Of a stretch of 64,000 bases of DNA, positions 42,340 through 53,120 are shown piece by piece. Source of the DNA: Escherichia phage vB_EcoM_PHB05. The notes under the pieces were generated by a model. The model did no database searches and was not told the DNA's origin. It saw only the letters and a program-made list of their open reading frames with translations. Numbering within the stretch: the first letter of the stretch is position 1; each line of letters opens with the position of its first letter. The position numbers were made by a program, and so were the translations under genes. Location: the sequence record NC_052652.1; one strand, 5' to 3'.

Positions 42340-45215
42340 TGTCAAGAATTAAGCACAGAATTGACAATGTTTTTCAACTGATCGATGGACATATTCAGTT
42401 CTTAGATCGTAATACAGGTTTAACTGTAGATCCTACAGTGCAACACTATGTATTAAACCCACAAAACGTTCTAGCTAATAACAGACACTTTATAAACTGG
42501 ACTGCTCAAGAAGGGCAACCAAACGGGGATGCTACAACAGAAGGTCAATCCGTGCTTATTCTTGGTTGCGCTTATGCATACCTGGCTTCCGGCGATACAA
42601 AGTATTTAGACTCTGCTAAAAAATATTGGCAAGCCTATATAGATTACTTCTTTGGTGGTCAACCTATCCCAGATCCGCCAGCAAAATATCGCCCTAACTG
42701 GATTATTAACGGTAAAGAACCACGTCTTGCACACTATCCTCTTACAGATGATGGCTACCCTACACACGGAGGTTTTAAGGGTAGCTTAATGACGTGGACT
42801 AACGGTAGAACAGTTATTCCTCATGGTGCTCCACATTGGGGAGAATACCTTGACAAAGCATGGTTTGCTTTTAATGGTAATCTAGGATGGAACTCTGTAA
42901 ACGCTACAGTATATGCTGTTAATGCAGATGGAACAACAGATTGGTCTAAGAATGGAGATCAATGGGACGTTGATTGGATCATTGATCGTCTAGGACGTAA
43001 AGTTGATTGGGATGGAAATATCTTAGAAGAAGGTTTTCCAACATCTCAATACGGAACAGTTCAACTAAAAAATACTTCTGTAAACGGTACATATAAATTT
43101 AACTACGCAACTTGTAACCCTGTTGAACACGGTGGTTATTTAATGGAGCGTAACACTATGTGGCATAACAGACCAGTTAACGTTCCGGTAGAAATGGGCT
43201 TTCAGGATAATGCGTCAGATGCCGAAACTTGGTGGTGTGATGCTAATTACCTGATGTACCAAATTACAGGAGAAAGAAAATATTGGCTATGCTGGCAGTC
43301 TTCACTGTTAGTGTGTCAAGATTACTCAAACATTGATATGTTTGATAAATTCTTCCGTAAGTCTACATATGCAACTATCCCGTTTACAGATGGCATCTCT
43401 TACGATTATTCGTATCCATCTACAGCAATACCTAAATATTCAAGAGATACTTTAGGTTATATTGTTATTAGACAAGATGTTGCTGCTCAAACAACATTAG
43501 AACAGCAAGCCATTTGGTTTAAAGTTGATCAGAACTCTAAGTTACGAGTCCAGTTTCAAGGTGTAGATGACGCAGGAGATGGTATTCTTTTCCGTCCAGA
43601 GTTGGAATTAAGTAAGACCAAAGATGAAAATAACACAGTAACTTACCGTTGTGGCTTACCACTGGGTACAGCTAATATGACAAGCATGGATATTCCACTA
43701 TCCAGCTTTATGAGAAGCACCCCTCCGAATGGTGGAACATATATTATCGCAGACCCGCGAATTATTGTTGACTGGGGTGACAATACTGTGGTACAATATA
43801 AGTATGTAACAGGTATTGCTGGAACTAATAATGACCAGATTGTTACTGCATCAATGGATACGGATGGTGGTGTTACTGTTGGTTTTTGGTTAACTCCTAC
43901 ATCAAAAGCTAATGTTAAGTCTATTACATATAGAACATATGAAGATGACTTTAACATGACTATCACGGATGCTCAAGGTTGGAGATGGTGGGCTATGCTT
44001 CCTAAAACGCAAGGGGCATGGAGTACGAAGACTTTATCAGCTTCTGATTTTAAGTTAAGTGCTTACCAGCCTAATCATCCAGAAACAGATCCTAAACCTT
44101 CAGCAATAAACCTTACTGCTGTAGATCAGGTAAATTTAGTTCTCGATACGGCTCCTGTCAATGGTTTAACAGGAACAATAGATTTCTATTGTATTAACGA
44201 TGTACCTGAAAGATATTCGTCATCTTCTGGTGATGATTATACCATGTACTTCCGTATCACTGTACAGGCTTCAAATCCTCATACTGCTAAGTTAGGTGAT
44301 TGTACTATTATTGACTATAAGTTAAACAGTCTTAATTACACACCAGGAATAATTCCATTCTCTAATATCAGTGACCCAAACACTGCATTGTATGATGGTT
44401 GGCGTGGTATTCCATATCCAGGATACCAATACCCTTCCTTATACTGTTTTGCAGGTAGAGATATTGATTGGACGCGTTTAAATAACAGTATCAATTTCTT
44501 GTATGATGCTCAAATGTGGTTTTATAACACGTTTGATCCTGTGATGCCTGGGCCTATGGCACAAGCGTATGTGTGGGATCGTTGGGATGCAAGAAAATAC
44601 GGTGAACCGAATACGTTCACAATGAAACACTGGAATGAAAAAGCGTGGGATGGTTATGAAGCTCGTGCATTCTACTGTGCTTGTCATGCTGTATACGAAC
44701 TTGTACAAAGAGGAGAAACACCTCCTGAAAAACTGGTAACAGTTTGTAAAAATTGGATCAACTATCTTAAATGGTTCCAAGACAATAATGATGGAAGAAC
44801 ACCAACTATCTTTAACCCAGATGGTACAGTTCTTGCACCTATAGATGACTTTACTAGTCATATGTCGGCACTGTTTATGGCGGGTTGTTCAATCATGGGC
44901 TTGGCAGGTTATGATTCACAAATTCCAAACATTGGTATTGTAGCAGACAGATGTTTTGATCTGATTCAGCAAAACTATATTGTGCTTTCCCCTAACCATC
45001 CGATGAATGGTTGCTGGAGTGTTGCACCACGTCCAGATTCAGATAACGGAATGTTCTTTGGTTTCCATGCTGGAGAACTATTACGTGGTTTTGGTTTATA
45101 TGCCTTATATCGTAAACTAAATCCTCAAAACGCCTTACCAATTTTGGACAATAGTAACATACCGACACTAACTGTTCTAACTATGAATGATATTAGTGTT
45201 GATGTAACCAAATAA
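42339..45215 (+). CDS. large virion protein (958 aa), baseplate/tail-associated
   Basis: Long ORF in tail module with AGGAG RBS. Confidence 0.4.
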   Translation: MSRIKHRIDNVFQLIDGHIQFLDRNTGLTVDPTVQHYVLNPQNVLANNRHFINWTAQEGQPNGDATTEGQSVLILGCAYAYLASGDTKYLDSAKKYWQAYIDYFFGGQPIPDPPAKYRPNWIINGKEPRLAHYPLTDDGYPTHGGFKGSLMTWTNGRTVIPHGAPHWGEYLDKAWFAFNGNLGWNSVNATVYAVNADGTTDWSKNGDQWDVDWIIDRLGRKVDWDGNILEEGFPTSQYGTVQLKNTSVNGTYKFNYATCNPVEHGGYLMERNTMWHNRPVNVPVEMGFQDNASDAETWWCDANYLMYQITGERKYWLCWQSSLLVCQDYSNIDMFDKFFRKSTYATIPFTDGISYDYSYPSTAIPKYSRDTLGYIVIRQDVAAQTTLEQQAIWFKVDQNSKLRVQFQGVDDAGDGILFRPELELSKTKDENNTVTYRCGLPLGTANMTSMDIPLSSFMRSTPPNGGTYIIADPRIIVDWGDNTVVQYKYVTGIAGTNNDQIVTASMDTDGGVTVGFWLTPTSKANVKSITYRTYEDDFNMTITDAQGWRWWAMLPKTQGAWSTKTLSASDFKLSAYQPNHPETDPKPSAINLTAVDQVNLVLDTAPVNGLTGTIDFYCINDVPERYSSSSGDDYTMYFRITVQASNPHTAKLGDCTIIDYKLNSLNYTPGIIPFSNISDPNTALYDGWRGIPYPGYQYPSLYCFAGRDIDWTRLNNSINFLYDAQMWFYNTFDPVMPGPMAQAYVWDRWDARKYGEPNTFTMKHWNEKAWDGYEARAFYCACHAVYELVQRGETPPEKLVTVCKNWINYLKWFQDNNDGRTPTIFNPDGTVLAPIDDFTSHMSALFMAGCSIMGLAGYDSQIPNIGIVADRCFDLIQQNYIVLSPNHPMNGCWSVAPRPDSDNGMFFGFHAGELLRGFGLYALYRKLNPQNALPILDNSNIPTLTVLTMNDISVDVTK

Positions 45216-45223
45216 GGAAAATA

Positions 45224-47383
45224 ATGAAACAGGCTATTTTTACTGTAACTCGAAATACGAGAGTAAATGCCAGTTCATTCAGCTATAAGACCGTCGATGG
45301 AACGGCGGTCGCTGGTAGAGATTATGTAGCTAAACAGGGAACAGTAACGTTCCCTTCTGATGCAGATTCTGCTACTGTAGTGGTTGATGTATATGAACGT
45401 CCGGCAAACTCTTTAGATCTTTATTTTACTCTTGAGATTACTAGCATAAGTCAAAATAACATGATGATCAACGAAGAAATTCGTTGTGTTATTACGACTG
45501 ATCAATCGAATACAACCCCGCTAACTTGGCCTGTTGTGAAGTCTAGAATGTTTGATCCTAAGTTTTGGACAATAGATTCTCAAGCAACAGAAAGTTGTTC
45601 TATTATCTCTAATGGTGATTCTTTCACAGCAAGAATGGTTAATAGGACAGTGGCTGGTCTTGCTGGGATTATTTGGTCAACTTACGATAAATATGATCAC
45701 AAAGGATTAGGCTACCAAGAACATTCTGACTTAAGTAAAGAGAAACTTTGGTTTAAAATGGAACTTAGTCAAGGTGTTCCTGGATTAAAAGAAGAAAAAT
45801 TAATACCATCCTTAACAGTGACACTGAAGGATGAAACAGTTCATTATGTATCTCTAAACTTTTATGCAGAAGAAGTTTCAGAAGATGGTAAGACAGCAAC
45901 AATCAAACTAGATTTCTCAAATTTAAAATCTGGGTCAGAAAATGATATTGTTGTTGACACTACACAGATAGATAATATGTTCTTCTCCTTGATCTCCACA
46001 AGGTATCAAGAAATTGAAGAAATTATTCCTGTAGACAATGTGGATCTTTCCTTTAAATTTACCATACTGGAGCCTGACACTGGTTACAGTATGATGAATA
46101 TGGGTAATTTAAATGTTCCAGCACACACCATAAGAATGTGCACATCTTATGATGATATGTATAACCTGACCCCAGAGCGAGTTATTTCTAACACCTACAG
46201 ATTAGGTTATAGGGATATGATTAACCACTATAATGGTATGTCACACTATTATCAGTTTAGTTGGGATGCTGGTTCTAATAAATGGGTTTTGAATAGAACA
46301 GAATATTTAAACCCAGCAACAGAAGCATGGTTTGATAATTTCCACGCTAATGCAAAAGCTATGGGCTACACAGTAATGAATTCCTTAAGTTTTGAACTTA
46401 TGAGTACAGTGTGTCCTGTAGAATGGGTACAACATACTTGGAATGATGATCTGGCTGCTACAGGTTATGAGCCACCAAGTTATGTTTTATCTCCTTCAAT
46501 TGATGAAGGGATGAATTATTTACAAGGTGTAATAAATAAGATAGCTTCTATATCCGCTGCCAATGATCTTCCTGTTATTATTCAGGTTGGTGAACCGTGG
46601 TGGTGGTATAACACAGCTACCAATCTACCGTGTATTTATGATTATACAACCAAAGTTGCATTTAATAATGAAACTGGATTGTATGCACAAGATGTTGGTA
46701 CAGTTAAAAATTATAAAACTGGTACACCATATGATGAATATTATGCATTCCTATCTAAAACATTAGGACTGCGTGTTGCTAAATTTGCAACAGATACCAG
46801 ATTAGCATATCCTGGAGCTAAAGTTACATTATTACCATTTGTGCCATCCATTTTGGGTAATGGTATGATGGAGTTTGTTAACTTCCCTAAAGATTATTAT
46901 ATCCCAGAGAACTTTGACTTTTATTGTTCAGAATGTTATGACTGGTTGTTGGAAGGTAAGATGGAAAAATCTTTCGACGCTATCACAATACCTAATGAGC
47001 AACTAGGTTTTAGTTACGATAAGATACACTATCTTGCAGGGTTTGTTCCAGACGCAACTCTAGCACCATTATATGGCTTTGATCCTGAATCAGACTACAG
47101 AACATATTTGTGGAAAATGATTATAGGTAATATTGTATTGAATGATCAGAAGTTTGTTGGTTTATATCAATACATATGGGCTTACCCACAAATAATGCAT
47201 GATTCAATAACTGTTCTTAATTCAAAATCCCAAGTGTTTTATATGGGTAATGTGCCTTTGAATTGCTACTTGCAAGATATCACTCTTAAACAAGTAAATG
47301 CTGAGATTGCCACCATAAGTGGAATTACATTAGCCACTAAATCTGGAGAAGATTTAGTAACAACACAAAAATTTTATATATAG
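45224..47383 (+). CDS. tail fibre/baseplate protein (719 aa)
   Basis: Long ORF in tail module with AAGGA RBS. Confidence 0.4.
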   Translation: MKQAIFTVTRNTRVNASSFSYKTVDGTAVAGRDYVAKQGTVTFPSDADSATVVVDVYERPANSLDLYFTLEITSISQNNMMINEEIRCVITTDQSNTTPLTWPVVKSRMFDPKFWTIDSQATESCSIISNGDSFTARMVNRTVAGLAGIIWSTYDKYDHKGLGYQEHSDLSKEKLWFKMELSQGVPGLKEEKLIPSLTVTLKDETVHYVSLNFYAEEVSEDGKTATIKLDFSNLKSGSENDIVVDTTQIDNMFFSLISTRYQEIEEIIPVDNVDLSFKFTILEPDTGYSMMNMGNLNVPAHTIRMCTSYDDMYNLTPERVISNTYRLGYRDMINHYNGMSHYYQFSWDAGSNKWVLNRTEYLNPATEAWFDNFHANAKAMGYTVMNSLSFELMSTVCPVEWVQHTWNDDLAATGYEPPSYVLSPSIDEGMNYLQGVINKIASISAANDLPVIIQVGEPWWWYNTATNLPCIYDYTTKVAFNNETGLYAQDVGTVKNYKTGTPYDEYYAFLSKTLGLRVAKFATDTRLAYPGAKVTLLPFVPSILGNGMMEFVNFPKDYYIPENFDFYCSECYDWLLEGKMEKSFDAITIPNEQLGFSYDKIHYLAGFVPDATLAPLYGFDPESDYRTYLWKMIIGNIVLNDQKFVGLYQYIWAYPQIMHDSITVLNSKSQVFYMGNVPLNCYLQDITLKQVNAEIATISGITLATKSGEDLVTTQKFYI

Positions 47384-47391
47384 GAGTAAAA

Positions 47392-49965
47392 ATGTCAACT
47401 ACAATTACTAATTTACCAGAAACATCAAAAGTTAATGATTCTGATTACCTGGTTTTAGACCAATCTGATAAGACTGTTAAAAGCACAGTTTCCAAATTTC
47501 TTGCTGACACTGGGGTGGTTTTAGCCACCCAGTTGAAAGATACAGATGGAGCAGATTTAATACAATCCTCAAATGGTAATACTGTTCAGGAAGAGTTGAA
47601 TAACAATCTTCTTAATGATCGTGAACAGTGGCGTCGTAGTCTTGCAGAGGCAGGGTTAACACTTGTCGATGGTAGCTTTGAAGAGGGGGCTACAGTGGGC
47701 AGTGTAACTGATGCTATCTGGTACATGGCAGGTGCTCAGTGCTACACATGGGATGGTGTATTACCTAAAGACGTACCACCTAAATCAACCCCGACATCAA
47801 CTGGTGGTGTTGATTCTGGTGCTTGGGTTAGTGTTGGTGATATGTCATTAAAGGATAATCTTTCAAACTCCAGTAATGATAATTACGGTGATGCGCTGGT
47901 AGCAGTTAAGCAGCCGTATACTACCGCAATAAACAGAACGCAGCATGATAAAAATGCTGATGTACTTGATATTTCTGATTTTGGTGTAGATATAACTGGT
48001 GCTTCTGATGAGGGCAGTAAGTTACAACAGATATTTAATGAGTTGGCCGCAGCAGGCAAGTCTATTCGTATGCACGGGTCTGTAAAGACTACTATTAACT
48101 TAGATATACGGTGTAATGTGCTGTTTGAACCAGGGTTTAAATTAACTGGCGTGAAGCTAGAAACTGGACCGCAGACCTACATTAATATTTTTAATCGTAA
48201 TATAGATGTAAGCCATATTGTTCTAGATGGCATTGTTATGTGTTTCTACCCTGTAAGTTCCACGACTACTGTTAGAAACAAGAGATGTATTACGTTTACA
48301 TCAAATACGTTAGAAGACTCGTGTGTCCGGGTGGGCGGTGATAACCTCTCTGTGCGTAACGTGTTAATTTCTAACAATACTTTTAAGAACTCCGGGTCAC
48401 GTGTTCCAACAGCAATTCGCCTAATCAATGTCTCAAACGTTGAGGTAAGTTTTAACCTTATCCAGGAGTATGGTAGGCCTATTTATCAAACAGCAACTCG
48501 CTCTTTCTCTAACTACAATGTCAATATACACCACAATAATGTGGTTTGTGATTATGGTATAGTTCTTGAGGGTACTACTGCTTTTAGAGTTAGTAAGTTC
48601 ACAATTGCTGACAATGACATTGTTTGTGAGGTAAGGAACACAGCAGCAGGTGGACGAGATGCGATTGATGTCCGCTATGGCACTAGCGGACAAATACTCA
48701 ATAACAACATCAGAACTAATGGCAGAAACATTCGTTTATCCAATACTAAAGCTGATGTTCTATTTAATGATATGGTATCGAGTGCAACAAGTGCATTCTC
48801 TGTATTGATGGCTAGTTGCTATGAATCATCTTTTATTGGTAATAAAGTTTTCAATAATTCTACTGCTGAAATTATTGTTGTGCATGTGCAGACAGAGGCT
48901 GGAGGTCTTTACACGAGTAACAACGTAAGAATCGAATCCAACACTATCAAAGGTTTTGGTCGTCTGATTCGTGTGTTGGACACCAAGGATTATGTTGTTA
49001 CTAACAATAGATTAATAAGGACTTCAAACAATGGTAATGCAGTTATTGTTGCAGATGGTACTAGTGACAGAGGCCAGGTGCATAGCAATGTGGTAGTTGG
49101 TCCTGCTGGGGTTGTTGTATCTAGTATCAGCGGAACCAACAATGCAACAACCACTGCTGATACACTTCTGAGTGTTGCAGCTAACAGCAAGACCGTAACA
49201 GCCGTGGCGAATGGATTAGTTGATCCAGACTTGAATAATTCGAAGGCATTCATCTTCAATGTTCAGGTATCTGATGTTCAGATGTTACGAGCTTTATCAT
49301 CAACTGGTGCATCAAACGCCAAGACAGTATCTCAATTCATGGCTAGGGTATCCGGTGCAACCTTAGCTTGGAATGGTACTGCCTCAGTATCTGAAGTGGG
49401 TGGACCACCTGACATCTTCGTAAATGGTGTTCTTCAAGACTCATACGGTGCAGAAGATTATATATTCTACCGGTCAGGTATGCTTATTGACTCACAGAAT
49501 AAACTCAGTGTCCGTGACTTCCAGTGTACTGGCGATGGGGATACTACCGATGATGGTACAGGGGAAATGACGCTCCGTAATATGGCAGCAGCACAAGCAG
49601 CTGAGGGGGCTATTCACAGCGCATTCTTCCGTTCTCCTCTGGTTATGGATGGGGTTATTTACAATCCTGACACCACAGGAATTTATAAAAAATCTTACTT
49701 TGATACATCTCTAGATCCTAGAATGGCTATAGGACAAAAAGCTGATGGAACCTACGTTATTATTTGTGTTAATGGTAGATACGCAGATGGGGTAAGTCCA
49801 GGCTGCACTATGCAGCAGCTAGCATCTAAGTTTGTAGCCCTGGGTTGTATCAACGCAATGAACTTGGATGGCGGTGGTTCAGCTACTCTTTGGTATAACG
49901 GTACTATCCTTAATACCCCGTCGGATGGAAGTGAACGCCCTGTTTACCATTGTATGTATGTGTAA
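47392..49965 (+). CDS. tailspike protein with beta-helix-like central region
   Basis: 857 aa; N-terminal anchor-like region; Asn-rich repeats (NNTFKNSG, NNNIRTNG, NNRLIRTSNNGN); last 211 nt are part of the tandem duplication. Confidence 0.5.
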   Translation: MSTTITNLPETSKVNDSDYLVLDQSDKTVKSTVSKFLADTGVVLATQLKDTDGADLIQSSNGNTVQEELNNNLLNDREQWRRSLAEAGLTLVDGSFEEGATVGSVTDAIWYMAGAQCYTWDGVLPKDVPPKSTPTSTGGVDSGAWVSVGDMSLKDNLSNSSNDNYGDALVAVKQPYTTAINRTQHDKNADVLDISDFGVDITGASDEGSKLQQIFNELAAAGKSIRMHGSVKTTINLDIRCNVLFEPGFKLTGVKLETGPQTYINIFNRNIDVSHIVLDGIVMCFYPVSSTTTVRNKRCITFTSNTLEDSCVRVGGDNLSVRNVLISNNTFKNSGSRVPTAIRLINVSNVEVSFNLIQEYGRPIYQTATRSFSNYNVNIHHNNVVCDYGIVLEGTTAFRVSKFTIADNDIVCEVRNTAAGGRDAIDVRYGTSGQILNNNIRTNGRNIRLSNTKADVLFNDMVSSATSAFSVLMASCYESSFIGNKVFNNSTAEIIVVHVQTEAGGLYTSNNVRIESNTIKGFGRLIRVLDTKDYVVTNNRLIRTSNNGNAVIVADGTSDRGQVHSNVVVGPAGVVVSSISGTNNATTTADTLLSVAANSKTVTAVANGLVDPDLNNSKAFIFNVQVSDVQMLRALSSTGASNAKTVSQFMARVSGATLAWNGTASVSEVGGPPDIFVNGVLQDSYGAEDYIFYRSGMLIDSQNKLSVRDFQCTGDGDTTDDGTGEMTLRNMAAAQAAEGAIHSAFFRSPLVMDGVIYNPDTTGIYKKSYFDTSLDPRMAIGQKADGTYVIICVNGRYADGVSPGCTMQQLASKFVALGCINAMNLDGGGSATLWYNGTILNTPSDGSERPVYHCMYV

Positions 49966-50004
49966 TTATCTGGTGGGACTGAGCTAATGGCGTAGATTTC
50001 ATAG

Positions 50005-50027
50005 CAAAAAACCCCGCTTCGGCGGGG
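50005..50027. terminator. GC hairpin CCCCGC-TTCG-GCGGGG preceded by A-run (T-run on minus strand); second copy at 50595-50617
   Basis: Perfect 6-bp stem; U-tract orientation fits a minus-strand terminator although flanking genes are plus-strand. Confidence 0.4.
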
Positions 50028-50057
50028 TAATCATTGAGAATAACAATAGGAGTACAT

Positions 50058-50156
50058 ATGGAATCTCAACTCAGTCAACCTAAGCAGGTTATCAACGTCA
50101 AAGTGAACAAGCAGAGTATCGCTCATGATTTAAAAAGTAATGAGAACGCACTATGA
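50058..50156 (+). CDS. small ORF (32 aa) translationally coupled to holin-like gene
   Basis: AGGAG RBS; stop overlaps next start (ATGA); second copy at 50648-50746. Confidence 0.3.
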   Translation: MESQLSQPKQVINVKVNKQSIAHDLKSNENAL

Positions 50157-50362
50157 GAAAATTTTTAATAGGTATGTTCTGTACATATCCTGATAATAAA
50201 GTCAGTTCTACTAAAGTTTGGAATGCTATTGGTATGATTGTTATGTCCAGTATGTTTATTTATTTGGGAATTGATAAAGAAATTCCTGAATGGATGGGCT
50301 GGGCTTTTGTTTTTATGATCACACCATCCAGACTAATGAAGAATCGTTATTATTTGTGTTAA
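50153..50362 (+). CDS. holin-like small membrane protein, copy 1 with C-terminus altered by duplication junction
   Basis: Two hydrophobic segments; reads from codon 65 into the duplicated tailspike 3' fragment (ends RYYLC). Confidence 0.35.
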   Translation: MRKFLIGMFCTYPDNKVSSTKVWNAIGMIVMSSMFIYLGIDKEIPEWMGWAFVFMITPSRLMKNRYYLC

Positions 50363-50555
50363 TGGTAGATACGCAGATGGGGTAAGTCCAGGCTGCACTA
50401 TGCAGCAGCTAGCATCTAAGTTTGTAGCCCTGGGTTGTATCAACGCAATGAACTTGGATGGCGGTGGTTCAGCTACTCTTTGGTATAACGGTACTATCCT
50501 TAATACCCCGTCGGATGGAAGTGAACGCCCTGTTTACCATTGTATGTATGTGTAA
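50345..50555 (+). pseudogene. duplicated 3' fragment of tailspike gene 47392-49965 (no start codon)
   Basis: Identical to 49755-49965. Confidence 0.5.
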
Positions 50556-50934
50556 TTATCTGGTGGGACTGAGCTAATGGCGTAGATTTCATAGCAAAAA
50601 ACCCCGCTTCGGCGGGGTAATCATTGAGAATAACAATAGGAGTACATATGGAATCTCAACTCAGTCAACCTAAGCAGGTTATCAACGTCAAAGTGAACAA
50701 GCAGAGTATCGCTCATGATTTAAAAAGTAATGAGAACGCACTATGAGAAAATTTTTAATAGGTATGTTCTGTACATATCCTGATAATAAAGTCAGTTCTA
50801 CTAAAGTTTGGAATGCTATTGGTATGATTGTTATGTCCAGTATGTTTATTTATTTGGGAATTGATAAAGAAATTCCTGAATGGATGGGCTGGGCTTTTGT
50901 TTTTATGATCACACCATCCAGACTAATGAAGAAT
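50345..50934 (+). repeat. tandem direct repeat, copy 2 (590 bp)
   Basis: Identical to 49755-50344 at every spot checked. Confidence 0.85.
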
Positions 50935-50988
50935 TTAATAGATTTACGTTGGGGCAGATCACCTGCCCCTGATAAGGAGGATAACTAA
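50743..50988 (+). CDS. holin-like small membrane protein (intact copy, 81 aa)
   Basis: Two predicted TM segments (WNAIGMIVMSSMFIYLGI; WMGWAFVFMITP) and charged C-terminus. Confidence 0.4.
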   Translation: MRKFLIGMFCTYPDNKVSSTKVWNAIGMIVMSSMFIYLGIDKEIPEWMGWAFVFMITPSRLMKNLIDLRWGRSPAPDKEDN

Positions 50989-52475
50989 TGGCAGATTATG
51001 GTTTAACAGATGCTGGTTTTGTAATTCCAACGTTTGATGATATTTTAAATAATTATATGACAGCATTGAAAAACACTTTCGGTGCAGATACAGCTACATC
51101 TGAAGATACTGTCTTTGGACAACTGTTCCGTATTATTGCATACACAGATTACACCCTTTGGGAAGGTATGCAAGGTGTTTACAATACCCAAACCTTAGAT
51201 GGTGCAGAAGGTATTTACCTTGATGAAATCTTCTCTAAAAGAGGTTTTTATCGTAAAGCTGCTTCTGCTGGTAGTGGTTATGCTTATGTTAAATCTAACA
51301 ATAAGGCAGCTTGGACTTATGAACTAAGCACAGATGTTTATTTTAATGCCGATAACGATTTGACATATTATGTCAGTGCACCAACAATGTTGAATGCTAA
51401 GATTGGAGCATATACCATTTCTAAAGCAAACGCAACAGCTTCTGGTGAAACTTCTATTACTTTCTACATTCAAAGTGCTATTGATGGTGGTCTTAACAGT
51501 AAAACATTAAGTCCTAGCAATACAAACTTTATTTTAGATCTCACGAATTTCATTAAAGCTAACGTATCAACAACAGATCGTGCTTTAGTATGGAATGATG
51601 CTAGTAATGTTTATATGGGTTATAATCCAGAAGATAATGTTAACCCAATAGGTCTAGTAACACCAGTGAAATTTTATGCATCCATTGCAATTGGTACAAA
51701 ATGGAGTGAAATTCCAGTTACGTGTTCAGACGTTGGTTATAATCCAGTAGGTACAGAAAGTATTACAGGTATTTCTTCAACGTTTACAGGCTTTTTAGAT
51801 ACAGGTAACTTCTATCCGTTCTCTCCAGGTACAGATGTTGAAACAGATGCAGAATTCCGTTCTCGTTTCAATGATAATATGGATGAAGCTAATGCTGCTA
51901 CTCGTGCTGCTATTGTTAAAGCTCTATTACTGACAGATGGTGTGACAAAGGTTAAGATTTATGATAACCCTACACTACACGATCAGGAACATGCTCCAGC
52001 TATGACATTCCAGACTATTGTGTATGGTGGTACAGCAGAAGAAGTTGCACAGGTTATTTATAATACTAAGCCTATTAACACATTAACTTATGGTACGACA
52101 GCAATTACTATCGTAACAGAAGATGGTGGTCAAGAAGTAATTCGTTTTTCTCCTGGTGATAATGCGGAATACTCACTTAAACTGGTATATCAAACTGGTA
52201 ATGGTAGTGTGTTAAGTACAACAGAAAGAGAAAATATTGTTTCTGCTCTTGCAAACTTACAGGCTTATTTTGAATTAGGGTCAACAGTAACTAACGACCA
52301 GATAAAAGGTGTAATTTATTCTGCACTTGCGTTCGGACGCTTGACTTCTCTCCGTGTTTATGTTAAACTTAATACTGAGGATGACAGTAAATATAATGAG
52401 GGAGATATCACTCCAGCGTACAATGTTGTACCATCCTTTGACCTTGATAATATTTCCTACGAGTACGGAGTCTAA
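50988..52475 (+). CDS. baseplate/tail fibre structural protein (495 aa)
   Basis: AAGGAGG RBS; start overlaps upstream stop. Confidence 0.4.
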   Translation: MADYGLTDAGFVIPTFDDILNNYMTALKNTFGADTATSEDTVFGQLFRIIAYTDYTLWEGMQGVYNTQTLDGAEGIYLDEIFSKRGFYRKAASAGSGYAYVKSNNKAAWTYELSTDVYFNADNDLTYYVSAPTMLNAKIGAYTISKANATASGETSITFYIQSAIDGGLNSKTLSPSNTNFILDLTNFIKANVSTTDRALVWNDASNVYMGYNPEDNVNPIGLVTPVKFYASIAIGTKWSEIPVTCSDVGYNPVGTESITGISSTFTGFLDTGNFYPFSPGTDVETDAEFRSRFNDNMDEANAATRAAIVKALLLTDGVTKVKIYDNPTLHDQEHAPAMTFQTIVYGGTAEEVAQVIYNTKPINTLTYGTTAITIVTEDGGQEVIRFSPGDNAEYSLKLVYQTGNGSVLSTTERENIVSALANLQAYFELGSTVTNDQIKGVIYSALAFGRLTSLRVYVKLNTEDDSKYNEGDITPAYNVVPSFDLDNISYEYGV

Positions 52476-52477
52476 AA

Positions 52478-53107
52478 ATGGCAGTGAGTGTTGACCATGT
52501 GACAACGTGGGATAGTATCAATGAAGATGTTAAAGACCTACTGATTGAAGATTTTAAATCTTCTCCGAACATTGTCAAACTACTCTATATCATTTCTAGC
52601 GAAAAACAAAAGATAGATCAGGCAATGATCTATCTTGCCAAACACCGCTTAATCTCTACTGCAACTGGTAAGTATTTAGATCTTATTGGTGAAGAGATGG
52701 GGATGGAGAGAAATGGTGCTACGGATGAAGAGTATCGTACAATATTAAAAATCAGGGCTTATCGTGTTGCGTCTTCTGGTACGCGAGATGATATCATTGA
52801 TATGTTCGCTCGTTTTACAGGAACAGAAAAAGAAACGATCAATACATACGTTGGATTAAATAAAACATTCGACGTATTCTTTTATAATTTGTGTCTACAA
52901 TCCGATCAGGCAGTAGCACAGTTACTTAACGTTTTCCCGATCCTAAGTAGTTATCGCTTAGGTGCGAAAGCGGGTGCAGCCTTTGGTTTCACTTCCTATT
53001 ATGCCACAAAGCCACCTCATGGTATAGGTGGTTTAGGTTCTCTTTACACAGAGGCTGAAGGAGATGATACAGGGCGAATGACTATGCTGATAGCTCAAAT
53101 AGAATAA
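52478..53107 (+). CDS. tail structural protein (hypothetical)
   Basis: 209-aa ORF. Confidence 0.35.
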   Translation: MAVSVDHVTTWDSINEDVKDLLIEDFKSSPNIVKLLYIISSEKQKIDQAMIYLAKHRLISTATGKYLDLIGEEMGMERNGATDEEYRTILKIRAYRVASSGTRDDIIDMFARFTGTEKETINTYVGLNKTFDVFFYNLCLQSDQAVAQLLNVFPILSSYRLGAKAGAAFGFTSYYATKPPHGIGGLGSLYTEAEGDDTGRMTMLIAQIE

Positions 53108-53120
53108 GGAGTTACTCTTA

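Larger units (their letters stand above)
49755..50344 (+). repeat. tandem direct repeat, copy 1 (590 bp)
   Basis: Identical to 50345-50934 at every spot checked. Confidence 0.85.

Noticed and set aside
49755-50934. Possibility that the 590-bp repeat marks direct terminal repeats of the genome
   Set aside because: Copies are in tandem in the middle of the tail-fibre module with coding sequence continuing on both sides; a genome terminus would not be flanked by contiguous structural genes, though an assembly artefact cannot be excluded
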